64,000 nucleotides of DNA, taken from the NCBI GenBank assembly GCA_964036045.1, contig OZ038378.1, positions 178,002,001 through 178,066,000 of the forward strand, given 5' to 3'. Of this stretch, positions 49,604-62,051 are shown piece after piece. A model generated the notes under the pieces. The model saw nothing but the letters and a program-made list of their open reading frames with translations. It searched no databases and had not been told where the DNA came from. Numbering within the stretch: position 1 is the stretch's first letter; each line of letters begins with the position of its first letter. Source of the stretch: Eutreptiella sp. 'Long Island Sound 2002' (taxonomy: Eukaryota; Protista; Euglenida). Made by a program: the position numbers and the translations under genes.

Positions 49604-51334
49604 CTTGGCATCTGAGTTGCGCCGTGCCTTAGACTGCGGCACCTGCAGACAGCCCTTGGTCGCTGACTTGGCATCCGAGTTGGACTGAACATCCGAATGC
49701 AGCGCCTGCACAGAGGCGGGTGTCGCCTGTGGCGTAGCTTTGGCATCAGACTTGCGCCGTCTGCCAGGCTTCGGTGCCTGCAGGGAGCCACGTGACGACT
49801 GTGGCACTGCCTTGGCCTCCGAGTTGCGCTGCGCATTGGAATGCAGCGGCAGGGAGCAACGTGTTGACAGTGGCGCGGCTTTGGCATCGGAGTTGTGCTG
49901 GCCATTGGACTGCCACACCTGCGGAGAGCCGCTTTTTGGGCGCTGAGTGCCACTCATGAGTTTTGGTGATTGCGAACACCGACGGCCAGACTTTGGGGAG
50001 GTGCTGCCATTGCTAGCCCGGCCCCGGGCTGCGGTGGACATGCGGCCGGTGCGCGGGTGTCGGTCAGTGGATGGGTCTTGGGGCAGCGATGCATGAGGGC
50101 TCTCAACGGCAGGAGGGCCTAGAGACTGGGACGAACCCCTGGGAAGGTTTGTGTTGGTTTCTGAGGAGCCGGCCAGAGTGCCCTCACTGCTGCTGCAGTT
50201 GGTGCCAGACCCTGGGGAATGGGCGGAGGTCCCCTCGTTGGATCCCAGGAAAGGGGCCCAACTGAATGGCGACATGGGCGGAGCGCACTCACTGACCAGC
50301 AGTTTGGTGTGGGATTCTGCCGCATCGAGTGTGAGGACCTGACTGGAGGGCGTTGTGGCACAGGATGGACCAGGGGATGAGGCCCAACTGGAGGGCGTTG
50401 TCGTGTCATGCGCGCTGAAGGGGTCAGTCTCGCTGACCTGGGGGCAAAAGCCAAAGGCAGGATCACTGCATGACTTTTTGAGGTTAACCCCGGGCGGCCT
50501 TTTGTCTTTGAATCCTGGGGAATGGGCTAAGGTGCCATCACTGCATGACTTTTTGACATGTACACTGAATGGCTCTTCGGTGCCGGTTGCACTGGGAGAA
50601 CTCATGGAACCTGCAATTCGGGCTGAAGCATCCCCACTGCCTGGCTGTCCGCTGCAGGATCCTGCCAAGCTGTGCTTGGCACGCAAGCTTCCCTGAAAGC
50701 AGGGCGTAGACTGAGCAGCTTCATTGTACACCCGCTGCCGCCCTTGTCGGGGCTTCAGAACATCCTTGAACCTTTCCGCATTTTCTTGTAGCAACTCTAC
50801 AACTTTGACAATCTCCGCGCTCTTTGCCACGGTCTGCACCTCAGAGATGCGGTTTCGAAGCAGCGAGATTTTGGACGCAGCCGATGGTGCGTCATCACCC
50901 GCACTGTACGTGCCTCGCCTGGGAGTTGGAGCAGGGCTTGAGTCTGAGCTTGGACTTCGGCTTCTACGGGTGCTTGGGCTTTGGCTATGGCTTCGGCGTC
51001 GTGCCTTTGGGCTTATGAGCTCTGCTCGAGCACTTGTGGTGGAGCTCCGACGGTCTCTATATGGGCTAAGGCTTCGGCTTCGGCTTCGGGCATTGCAACT
51101 ACCCTTGGGGCTTGCGCCCAGAAAGCTGCTGCACCGTTCACTTCGGCTTTGACGACGGCCCTGCGAAGTCTTGCCGTTTGTTGATGCACTAGCCTTGGTC
51201 TTCACACCCTCTATCAGGATCGATGGAGCGGTAGGAAGATCTGTTTCATCATCTTCATCATCAAATCGGACCCCTTCCACGTCACAGACTTGAAGGAAGA
51301 CGTTATCATGAGGCTTTTGTCTACTGACGGTCAT
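49604..51334 (-). CDS. First coding exon of the large gene: Ser/Arg-rich low-complexity region plus 24-aa repeats
   Basis: 577 open codons; donor AAG|GTACTT; ends in the same APQS.RGSLQ.P.S....SDAK repeats as exon 30013-29423; pyrimidine-rich acceptor cttctcctcttccaCAG about 146 nt upstream of the ATG. Confidence 0.75.
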
Positions 51335-52445
51335 CGCCGAAGGTCAGGAACTCAAGATATGGCTGCTGAGGTGCAGCACTCTACGGACTGCAAGGGTTGA
51401 TCTACTCACAATGACCTCTGCACGGGTACGTGCAGCAGTAGTGCCCTGCGCCTGCACCAAATTAAGGCTCAAGGTGTCAGCTGTGGAAGAGGAGAAGCAA
51501 CAAGTTCTGCCCTGTCTGCAATATCAGGAATGATTCCCCTCCCCGGGGGGGGGGGACTTTTTCAAAGTGTGGGATCCTCGCTCATGCAAAAAAAAGAAAA
51601 AAAAGTAACAGCAGCCTGGTGTGGGCTGGATACAACTTATTCCTGCAGACCAACCCTGGCTATAGATCGCCCATCAAGACGCCCTATCTCAATCTAGCAG
51701 CAGTAGGTGGCAAAATACCCAGCATTACCAATTGAGGTTGATGTTTTTTTGAGGGGGGTATCCTCGGTCACCTGGGTGCAGAGGGGGGCAAGGTAGTGTC
51801 GTTCACCTCTATGCTGTGACTTCTGGTGGCCACTGGTGAGCAACGAGAAAACAATGTTGACCACAACCGCAGTTTGCGGCTGTCCCTGTACCAAGTGGTC
51901 CACATCCGGGCACCATGTTCCTGGTGTAGTGTGGCACATCCTGCCGGTGGTACCTCCAGGATCGCCTGTAATGCATCCAATTGCAGTTGGGCCGGTAGTG
52001 CTACAGTGCAGAGGTGGTTGCGCATGATGTCCCCTAGTGTGTCCAGGGCCCAGATGCTTCTTGTGGCTTCATGCAGTGCACACTCGCACACGCCCACTGG
52101 TGCCAACGCCCTATGCGCGCAGGCCATGACAGCTGAGTGATAATTTCTAGATGATTTATGGGCGTCTTTTTTTTTCGTACAACCCAGTTTGTAACTGTGG
52201 CAGGCTTCATTTCGGCATGGTAAACCTACTGCTGCCCCTGGGCGTGGAATATTATCCGGCCCTCCTCCCCAGTAGAAAGATGATGCTCAGGCGAGCTGGT
52301 AGACAGATTGGTCAAAGGTCAACTGTGCTGGCATCAGGATATGGGAATTCTGGACATTGCATCAGGTCTGGGTGGTGCAACGGCTGGGGCCACGGATGTG
52401 TGACACTTTCTTCATCATCACTGAAGCTCTCAGAGTTGTACAGAG

Positions 52446-52465
52446 TCTCTCTCTATCCCTCTCTC

Positions 52466-52497
<32 letters not shown>
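52446..52497. repeat. (CT)n microsatellite
   Basis: Directly visible. Confidence 0.9.
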
Positions 52498-52961
52498 ATT
52501 ATCCTCTTCTTCACCTGGATCCCCACAACTCTGAGAGATCGGGGTATCTATGTTGGCCAATTTGGAGGTGGCTTGTTGCCTCTACCTGGCATTGTTCCGC
52601 CTTCTGTCATGAGTCCATGTAAAACTGCTCACCACATGGAGCACCCCAGGCCTCCTCCCCGTTGCTTGCCTCTTGCTATGGATTCTGAGTTTGTTCTTTG
52701 TGGCGTGAATACCAGGGGCCATCATCGCATTGCTTGTAGACCCATGCACCCCTCTGCTCTTGCCGCAGCACTTGCATCAAAGATTATGGATCTTGGTATG
52801 GATGAGTATGCCTTTATACTGTCAAGTAGTGCAAGAATGCTGTGTAATTGCTCAGCCTGGGCATGGGATATTGCTGCTCAAAACCTTTGAAGGGACAAGG
52901 GTGGTAAACACCATGTTCGTCTTAAGATAGCTATGCCGCTTCTTCCCCCCTTATGGACTTA

Positions 52962-53062
52962 CCCCCCCCCCTTGTCCAAGCACACCAAAAGTCAGAAAAA
53001 CGAGGGCCAGGCGGGCTCATGTGCTTGGACAAGGCAGTGCTTGGACAAAGGGGGGGGGGGGG
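52962..53062. mobile_element. About 100-bp TA-flanked MITE (partial relative at about 15995-16078)
   Basis: TA+polyC-ttgtccaagcac ... gtgcttggacaa-polyG+TA, with an internal duplicate gtgcttggacaagg. Confidence 0.75.
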
Positions 53063-53839
53063 TACCAACAAAAGCCCAAGGGGGTTGGGTGCAATGAACG
53101 ATGCCGGCTAGCACATCAAAGAGGAATGTCCATCATTACCATTGATTTTCATCTCCTACTACAGGGACGCGTGGGGGCACAAATCATTCCATTGTGACTA
53201 CGTCACGATGGTGTGTCCTAGTACCATGCTGCATTATTCCCTTGAGATGCTTGTGGTTACCTTGCTTAGCGGTGCCATATGATGAGGCGCATCACAGTAT
53301 ACATCACATCACCATCTAAGAACTGGCAGCAATCGCCAGACTCACACTAGTCCTTTTTAGTACCCCAAACCAAACGAGTTCTTTTTGTGCATGAGGTGGG
53401 ACTGTACCCATGTGAGATGTGCCGCCCACACTAGAATTACCAGAGCGACGTCACTCATAGTAAACAGACGTTGTCAATACCTCACGTCCTAGACTCTGTA
53501 GCAGATGTAGAAACAGTGTATCACTGCTTGTTGCCTTACTCTTGGTGACTTTACTGTGGGTAAGAATTCTCCACAAATTGATAGCGCTTTTTCCACTTTC
53601 CATCATCATGCTCCGCCCCCACCCCCGAGAGGGTTTTTTTTTTTTGCACAAAGGTAAGGATTCTGTGAGCTTATCAGCCATCACTCGAGCATCAACCCAT
53701 GGGGATGCCCTGAGGGTGTATGTGTGAGTAATTGCAAACTCGGCATAAAGCGTTTTTTTGTTTCGCATGGAGGGGAGGGCAGACCTCTGTGAGGTCTCCT
53801 TGGGATGGATATGGTGCGGGGGGGGGGGGGTCCCCGCAG

Positions 53840-54322
53840 CCCCGGTGATGAAATGACGATGACGAAATACAAGCTGACCAAAATAGGGCATGGTAAGAGT
53901 CCTCAGTTCCTTCTCCTCACACATTTTGCCAAAATTCGTCCCATTTCAACCCTCTCAGCCTTATCCTGCAAGCTAAAACAGGATGCACTGTCGGATGAAG
54001 TGGATAATGTGACCTCAGAAATGCTAGAAGCAGGTGTTGCGCATGTAGAAGCAACACTAGCAGCAGGGTATTCATCTGCAGGGTTATCTTGTTTTGTAAT
54101 CAGATGCATGTAAATGCGATCCCTTGACACAAATGGCCTAGTGTGTTGCAATGCTGTTCCATGCAGAAATTGCACGCGCAGCATCAGCACTTGACCAACA
54201 GGACAATGCAATGACAGCACAGAAAAAAGCAGTGGACAATGAGGGTGCTGAAACACACCGCGCACTGCACCGCGCGCGTCAGAGGATGCAACGCTTTAGT
54301 GCAATGTACACCCTTACGAAAG
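53840..54322 (+). CDS. Possible spliced coiled-coil gene fragment (exons 53840-53892, 53959-54033, 54167-54322)
   Basis: GT-AG introns of 66 and 133 nt, all junctions phase 1. Joined reading: PGDEMTMTKYKLTKIGHALSCKLKQDALSDEVDNVTSEMLEAEIARAASALDQQ...AMYTLTK. Confidence 0.4.
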
Positions 54323-55487
54323 GTAGGCAGGGACGCGGAGAAAATACATTGAAATGGGAAACTTTTGTGCATGCATCATCACCACTCCCCCCCAGATAAT
54401 GCCCCCAAAGCGGGTTTTACTCATACACACCAATAGCATCACCCAACCATTGCATACAGTGCACTCTGGCCACGTTTCAGCAAGTGTGAGCATAGTGTGA
54501 GCATATATTGTGCGTGCCGGGCTGACGTCGCACCGCGCGCACTGCACGGTCAGCACCCTGAATTGCAATTTCGCAATCTTTGGTGCCGAGTAGACAGCAT
54601 TGCCATGTGCAGAGCGCACGACGCAATATGCGAAACGCAAAGTGTACCGAGTGCACAGTGCGCACACCATGGCGCACACACTGCAGAGTGCATAGCACAA
54701 AATGGAGGGTACATGGTACAGTCTGCACAATGTGCCCTTATCCCCGGCTCTACTCCCACCATCTCCCTGAGGTGTCCAGGGGTTGGGCCTCACCCTCAAG
54801 TGGAGTAAGGCTGTGGGGAAGACACAATTCCAAAGTCACAAAATTGTCCTGTATTGAACCTGTCACCACACAACACCACACCAACCAGGGTGGTGAAATT
54901 GTAGCCACTATCAGCAAACAATTCCCTTCTAAAAACTCAAACTAGTGTGTGCATGCAAGAAGTACCAACCGGTATACTTACTTAGCCTTTATGGCAAATG
55001 CCCCCTGAGAAATGCTCCACTATGTGTGTGGTGCTAGGAACATCAGGAACATCAGGTTGGTGTGACGGTGCTCACATGAGTCTTGTTGACCATGTGAAAG
55101 CAGAGCCCATGTGCAGTAAACCATTTGGGCACCTGCGGCCTCAGCTGCTACTCTTTGTGCTTGGTGTCATATGAAACAAGGAGGGTGCTCTGCTTTTGTT
55201 GGACTGATTCGGCTCATGTGGGGAGGCCTTGATGCCAACAACCAGTGAGATCAGTGCAGCTTGCGGCACAGGGTGCTTGAATGTGGGTCAACGGCCAAAC
55301 CTACAAGCAACCGATGCAAGGGATGTTTTACCCACCAGGCCACCAACATAGGCATGGGCAAATTTGCCGAGCGATTTAATTTGGTCACACTAAACATACC
55401 ATCACACAGCAGTGATCAAACAGTCATACTACAAAATGTGCGGTACATGTGTGAGACAGGTTGGAGGTGTTGTTTGAGGACGATAGC

Positions 55488-55725
55488 ATCAATCCTTCAG
55501 ACATGATGCTGGGGTCCATCTAGTGCTAACAAACTTTGAGTCAAGGCTGTCTGGTTATGTATCGGGTCAACCGTTGTTCTTTCTTGGACTAATTTTGGCT
55601 GAGTTGGGCCCTCACTAGGTAGCAAGCTCATTCCAGATGTTTGTGTGGAATCAGTTACAAATACAGCAATGTCTTGTGGTCCAGCATTCATCCATGTCAC
55701 TGAGTCTTTGAGTTAGATGAGAACT
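55488..55725. repeat. Dispersed repeat, copy 1 (copy 2 at 59925-60188)
   Basis: atcaatccttca.acatgatg...gctgagttgggccctcactaggtagcaagctcattccagatgtt...gatgagaact is shared. Confidence 0.9.
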
Positions 55726-58001
55726 CACTATTGTGAAGGGAGGGGCCAATGCTTGTCCATGGGCAATCCAATTCTGTGCCTTATGTTGTCATCGTGCACT
55801 TGCTTAGGGGGCGTTTCTGCACAGCGCCTAATTGTAAGCAAGCTTTCCTGTGACCACCCTGAAAACTACCCATCGTCGGGGGAGCTACATCCAAGGGGCA
55901 AAAACAGCAGATTTAGACAGCAATCTAGCATTTTTAGTGGGAAATATAAGTTATTTTAACTCGTTATCTGAGTTTTTGGACTGAATAAGAATCTGAGTAG
56001 TCCTGTGTATACATACAATAGTTACTGTGTCACCTTGGCCGTTGGGGAAAATGGATCTGAAATAGCCTACTTTTCGCAAAGCGCATGCACAGCGCACGGT
56101 GCGCACCCTTAAGATATGATGCCACTATGTAATATTAAAATGCCACTCCTACCTCCTCGGTAGTGTGTACTCCTATGTGGTGGTTTGCTATGAGTTGCTG
56201 TGCTCAATCAGTGGGCTCCACCATACGGGACATGTTTGGCACATTTGTGACCAGCATTGAGGCATTTGACTTGTAGACGCTTGCCACAACGGTGCCGAAG
56301 CTTGTACTCAGAGTGACAAAAAATGTGGCAGCACAGCCCCACGGAGTGTGCTGGGATTCGCTGTTGTGACTTTCATTGCACCGAGGAACTTTACGGAATT
56401 GAGATATTGGGAATAGCCACACCAACACCATCCAAGGAATCAGGGGCTCGCCACACTTATGAACATGGTACGCAATTGCTTCAAGGGACAACGAACTTCC
56501 GCAGTGTATGGCAGCAGATCTGGAACTGCACACAACCAAACTCCTCCACAATGTTGAAATGGCACGAATATGTGATACAACATGCAAGAAACTCATGTAC
56601 TATATAGATTGGCTGGGCAGTATTGTAACTACCATGAAATGGATTTCAGGCCACTTGCTATGCAAGATGACACCCTAATCCCCCCCCCTCCCCCTCGCGA
56701 TTCCCAGACCCTTGTGATAGAGGGCGACTGTCACCTTGAACATTTTAATTTACACAAGAACGCTGATGTTTTGGTTTCAGTGGGATTTCTGTAGTTGCCC
56801 ATGGCAATGCTATTTGTGCATTGTGGTGCAAATGGATTGATTGCATATGAGGCAATGCATTTAATGCAGATCACTCGGTTTTCTGCAATTCCAGCCATGG
56901 ACGTTGATCATGCTGACACATAGCCAGTGCTGTTGTCAATTTCTCATGTTCAGACAGCACTGTTGTGCTTGCCCAGATTCAGAGTTGTCAAAGCGTGGTG
57001 CTGACTACTGGACCATCACATATGAGCGATCTGGTGGTGTAGTGACACATGATTATGCACCTGTTGCACGCATGCCGCTCCTGTGTGTGCGAAGACCACC
57101 ACGCCCAACCCCATCACTCCCCTCGGCAAACTGTGCTGAGAGAAGACAACCTTTGAAGCGGGTGCAGTGGAGGATGGATGTGTTCCTGCATCCCCCTTCG
57201 GCCGCCCCCCTGTTTTTTCATGGCCTTTTTATGCATGCCATGGCCTTGTTTTGTGCATGTCTTGAGGCAATGGGAGTCCAGTACAATGCGTTGTGTGACA
57301 CACGGGCAACACAAACTTCCGTGACAGATATTAGCCAGCAAACACATTGAAGTGACGGTTTCCCTGGGGGAAAGGGGGGGGGGGGATTGCAAGGGTTGGG
57401 AGATTTCAAAGGATCAGGCGGGCTCCCGGTCTGCAGGGTCCCTTTTCCGGCAGATGTTGTCACCCCGGACGAGTTTTCGACGGCTGCCCGAACAGGAGGT
57501 GTGTCGCAACCTCGGTGCCCCACAGCAAGCCAACGGAGAGGGGCGCAGGAGGGAGAGGTGGAGGCAAAGCAGGCCACACGCCTGGTGGAGTTATTGCCAG
57601 GCGGATGTCTGTTGGGGATGTCCCAGCGAGCGAAGACACAGTATTGGGCTGGTGTTTGTTTGAAATGAAACACAGTCCGATCTGGAGAGCTACAAGAGCA
57701 GAGGAAGAAAGAACCAAAGCGTCTGGGGTTGGTGATGCCAAGACACAAACCTTCTTTTCCGACTGGTTGGCTGTTGTTGATCGGTCACTTTTTTCCTCTA
57801 CCCCCGTGAGAAAGGGTGGGGGCTGCCCCAGCGCCAGCTCGTTCAGTTCACGATGTGGATCGGCATTGGGCAGTCTCTGCGCCACATGTACGGCTGCACA
57901 CCCACCGTTTCTGTCGCTCAGGATCCGAATTCCTGCGATGCAGCGGCTGCAGACTGATCCGAAGAAGCCTCTGCGGTCCTACAGTGCCCCACCGTCCACC
58001 A

Positions 58002-58931
58002 CTACATCGCAGCGCACTGGCAGACGGTCCAACGGGGGTACGGGGCCTTCTGATGGCCCACCAACACCGTCGAATCAGCCCCGCATGCCACCAACGCGGT
58101 CAGGGCCCGCTGCGCACTCCCCCCGATCCGGTTTAGTTGGAAATCCAGTTGGAGCTGCGCCCGCGACTCACGAAGCGCCGCCGCCAGCGCGCGCGCCCCC
58201 GCATCCCCCACGCCGTTGTTGTGCAGGTTCAGACTGAGGCTGCCCAACCCCCGGAGGCGTGCGCACCGCTTGAGCCCCCCCGCCAGCGCACAGGCCCCGC
58301 CGTCCCCCACTCGACTGCAGCTCAGGTCCAGACAGAGCACGTGCAGCTGCGGCAGGTCTAGGCCCTGCAGCCCCTCCGCCAGCGCATGCGCGCCGCCGTA
58401 CTGAACCACATTGCCCGCGAGGCGCAGGTGCACGTCGCGCAGGCGCGGCGCCCGCAGCTCCGCGAGCCACGCCGCGAGCGCGGCCGCCCCGGCGTCGCCC
58501 ACGCCGTTGTTGTCGAGCACGAGGCAGAGGTCGTGGAGCGCGGGCGCTTCAAGGCCCTGCAAAGCGCGCACGAGCGCGCACACGCCGCGGTCGTGCAGCC
58601 CGTTGCACGTCAGGTCCAGCTCCAGCGCACGCAGCCCCCGGGCGCTCAGGTGCTTGGCCGCGGTGCCCAGAAGCCGCGCGCCGCGGGGCCCGAGCTCGTT
58701 GTGGCTGAGGCGCAGGGTCACGGTCTGGAGGTGCTCTGCTGCTGATGACGCCTTCAGCCACTGCGAAAGAGCCTGGGCCCCGTCGGGTTGGACCCGGTTG
58801 TGGCTGAGGTTCAGAAGGGCCGTGTGCAGCCGCACGGGCCCGGCCCTCAACCCCGCAGCCAAGCGGCGCGCCCCCGTGTCGCCCAGGCCATTGCACGACA
58901 GGTCCAGGCACAGACTGTGCAGTTGCGGCGC
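58002..58931 (-). CDS. F-box-like/LRR gene, exon 3 (terminal)
   Basis: Acceptor ctgctgCAG|GCG; about 28-aa RNI-type LRRs (LCLDLSCNGLGDTGARRLAAGL); GC-rich; stop at 58002. Confidence 0.85.
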   Translation of the reverse strand, partial: APQLHSLCLDLSCNGLGDTGARRLAAGLRAGPVRLHTALLNLSHNRVQPDGAQALSQWLKASSAAEHLQTVTLRLSHNELGPRGARLLGTAAKHLSARGLRALELDLTCNGLHDRGVCALVRALQGLEAPALHDLCLVLDNNGVGDAGAAALAAWLAELRAPRLRDVHLRLAGNVVQYGGAHALAEGLQGLDLPQLHVLCLDLSCSRVGDGGACALAGGLKRCARLRGLGSLSLNLHNNGVGDAGARALAAALRESRAQLQLDFQLNRIGGSAQRALTALVACGADSTVLVGHQKAPYPRWTVCQCAAM

Positions 58932-60266
58932 CTGCAGCAGCAAGACACAGAAGGGCTGAAAAAGGGTGGCAGAGGTGGGCCACACGGGGGCACATAGGGG
59001 GGCACGCATGGGCGAGTTTGCGGACAGCACGTGAACAGCGCTCGTTGTTGGCGTGGGTTTGCCTTTGTCACCCTCAAAACCACAGACCACCCAAAACAGG
59101 GCATGCACAGGCCAAAAGCCGTCAACATACCACACAACGATGCTGATTCCTGTCCTTTCCATGCGTAAACACCACATAACCCAAGGGCTTACACGTCGGT
59201 GCACAACAACATATGGGGCAGGGCTGTCCTTAATTGGAAAAAAAAAAGATAGAGAGACCTTCGTAACGCCAACAGAAACGAACATTCACGGGGACGCTCT
59301 CTGCATCCTGTTCATGGGAAGGTTGGCAGTTGGCAGTTGGCGGCTGATGGGTGGTGGCGGTCGGCGGTGGTTGGCGGCGGTTGGCGGTTGGCGATTGGTG
59401 GTCCCTGGGAGCTGTCCTTAAGGGCTGTCCTTAGCAAAAAAAAAAATCTGGTTTCTGAAGGACAGCCCTGATATGGGGTAGTGTTGAACACCAAAACCCA
59501 AGAGGGAAATGAATTGGCAAAGATATACAAAGCAATGATAGAATCGGTAAGGCCACCATATGGCCACCGGTCCCCTCTCTCTGTACACCATCTCCTGCCA
59601 TTGATCAGGGGGCAGGTGCCCCTCCCATACTCTAGGCTTGCCGCCCAGGGGGCTACCGGGGGGGGGGGGGGGGTGGCACATGGCCTCGCTACCGGGGGGG
59701 GGTGGGGGTTAAATTTTGGTGCGGTGAAAATTTGGCACCAATTCTTCAATTCCATGGCAAAATGTGGTACACTTTTGTTGTGCCAAATTTTGCCATTCCA
59801 AGTTTCGCCCATTCCTAATCCCCCCCCCCCACCGGTAGTATCACCAGTGCAGAAGCGTGACTTGGACCACAGGGGGGCGCCCATAGAGCACACAGGGTGC
59901 ACACAGAGGGGGGCGCGGAGTAGAATCAATCCTTCAAACATGATGTTGGGGTTCATCTAGTGCAAACATACTTTGAGTCAAGGCAGTCTGGTTATGCAGT
60001 GAGGGTTGGTGAGGGTTGGGTGAGGGTGGGTCACCGTTGTTATTGTTGGGGGAATTTTTGCTGAGTTGGGCCCTCACTAGGTAGCAAGCTCATTCCAGAT
60101 GTTCGTGTGGAATCGGTAACAAATATAGCAATGTCTAGTGGTCAGGCATGCATCCATGTCGCTTGAGTCTTTGAGTCAGATGAGAACTTGCTCCACACGT
60201 TCACTGGAGCACACAAGGCGAAGGAAGGCGCACACGGGCGACACCAGGGATCAGAGCAATGCACAC

Positions 60267-60692
60267 CAGATCCCAGGCCGCCGCATCCCCCACGCCATTG
60301 CCACTGAGACTCAGGGTCAGACTGCGCAGTAAAGGTGCATCCAGAGCCCGCAGCCCCGCCACTAGCGCCTCAGCCCCATGGCCACCCACGTCATTCTGCG
60401 CGAGGTTGAGCTTGAAGCTGTGCAGCTGCGGGACCTCCAGTGCGCGCAGGCCCTCGGCCAAGGTCACAGCCCCAACACCCTGAACCGAGTTCTCCGTCAG
60501 ATCCAGCGAGAGGGTCCGCAACTGCGGCGCCCCAAAATAACGCAGCCCCGCCCCGAGCCCCTCCACCGCCGCGTTGCCCACACCGTTGTCCGTGAGGTTC
60601 AGCGCGAGGCCGCGGAGCTCGCGCGCCGCGACAAACCGCAGAGCGGCCGCGAGTGCGTCGACACCAGGGCCCACGGCGTTGTGCTGCAGGTC
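60267..60692 (-). CDS. F-box-like/LRR gene, exon 2
   Basis: Acceptor cctttgtgCAG|GAC, donor CTG|GTGTGC, 426 nt, phase 0; LRRs LxLxLxxNxVGxxGAxxLAxGL. Confidence 0.88.
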
Positions 60693-61655
60693 CTGCACAA
60701 AGGATTCCATGCGCTGGAGGAATGACTGAGGTGGCCACGGGCACACCCAGGCGCACAGCCACAAACCCCTCATTCGCACTGTCACGACAACTGTCCTTGA
60801 AGCATGCCCAGTCACATACACACAGACACATACACATGCATTTTAACTGACACACACAAGTGCGACACACACACACACACACACACAAGTACAAGACACA
60901 CACAGTGTTGTACTTGTGATGTCCATGTGATTGCCCTGTTCCTGTCTTTTTTTTGCGCAAGTACTGACGAGGTTCCAGGCAATCTGTGCTCCTCAATGCT
61001 CCGGTAGCTTTGCGCACCTCCGCACTTCCAGTTTTGCATCCCCGTGTGTGTCATACTTGTGTGTGTAAATTTCTGTGGTCTTTGTCCACGCACAAGGATG
61101 GCCTTGTCTAACTAAGCAGTGTGACCCTGTACTGCCGTCATTTTCGTGGACCTGGGCCACGCTTGCGCAAAGGGGGGGGGGGGGCACAAGGGATCGTCGT
61201 ATTGTCTTGCAGCCTTTGCTCACAGACCCCCCCCGCCCCGTCCAAGGGTCATCCCAAAGCACCGTGCCGTGATAGGCAAAAGCAAGTCATAGAGGCATGC
61301 ATCTTGTCTTTCCGCACACAAGGGGTTCACATTCATAAGACGTTGCATTCTGATGTGACGTTTGCCTGGCCCGCGCTCGGCATCCAAATCAATGTTCCGG
61401 CCATCCATCCCAATGCTTTGCCCCTAAGGGCGCACCCTTGGGAAAAGAGGGGGAGAACTGGGGGAGAATAGGGGAACTTTGCCCGGCACACCCGGCGCAT
61501 GCGCTAACGTCCCCTCTCTGAACCACAAAAATCGCGGGCATACAAAGGACGGCAGCACGAGGTCGTTGTGCTTCGACGAGGTCATGCTTACGCAAGTGGA
61601 GGGGTGGACAGTGCAACACAGCCTGAGGAAGGGCGCTGTCATCACAGTTTCACAC

Positions 61656-62051
61656 CAAAGCAAGGGTCTGCAGCTGCGGTGCGTCCAGTGCCTTGAGGCC
61701 GGCACTGATGGCCAGCGCCCCAACGCCCGTGAGGCGGCAGCCACCGAGGGTCAAGTGGAGGACGTGCAGCTGCGGGGCCGTGAGGTTCTGGAGGCCCCCT
61801 GCCAGCGCCAGGGCCCCAGGGTCACCGAGGCCGTCCCCGACAAGTGCCAGGGAGTAGGAGGAGTCGCGGACGCCCGGCAGGAGCTCAGTCATGACGTGGA
61901 ACGGGGCGTTGGCGATGGTGCGCGTGACATGCCGGCCCCGCAGGCGGGACCAGGTCTTGTGGCACAGGTGGCTGATGAGCGGGGACTGCAGGAAGTCTGA
62001 GATGCGCTCCCAGACGTCGCACGGCAGGTCCATGGGGGAACGGGGCTGCAT
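61656..62051 (-). CDS. F-box-like/LRR gene, exon 1
   Basis: MQPRSPMDLPCDVWERISDFLQSPLISHLCHKTW (F-box-like), then LRRs. Donor TTG|GTGTGA gives QLQTLAL|DLQHNAVG, an uninterrupted LRR. Acceptor aatgtgCAG 18 nt upstream of the ATG. Confidence 0.85.

Noticed and set aside
56200-56650. RCCDFH as a possible MULE transposase CxxH remnant
   Set aside because: Single short motif in a stop-ridden region; no DDE residues or TIRs found.
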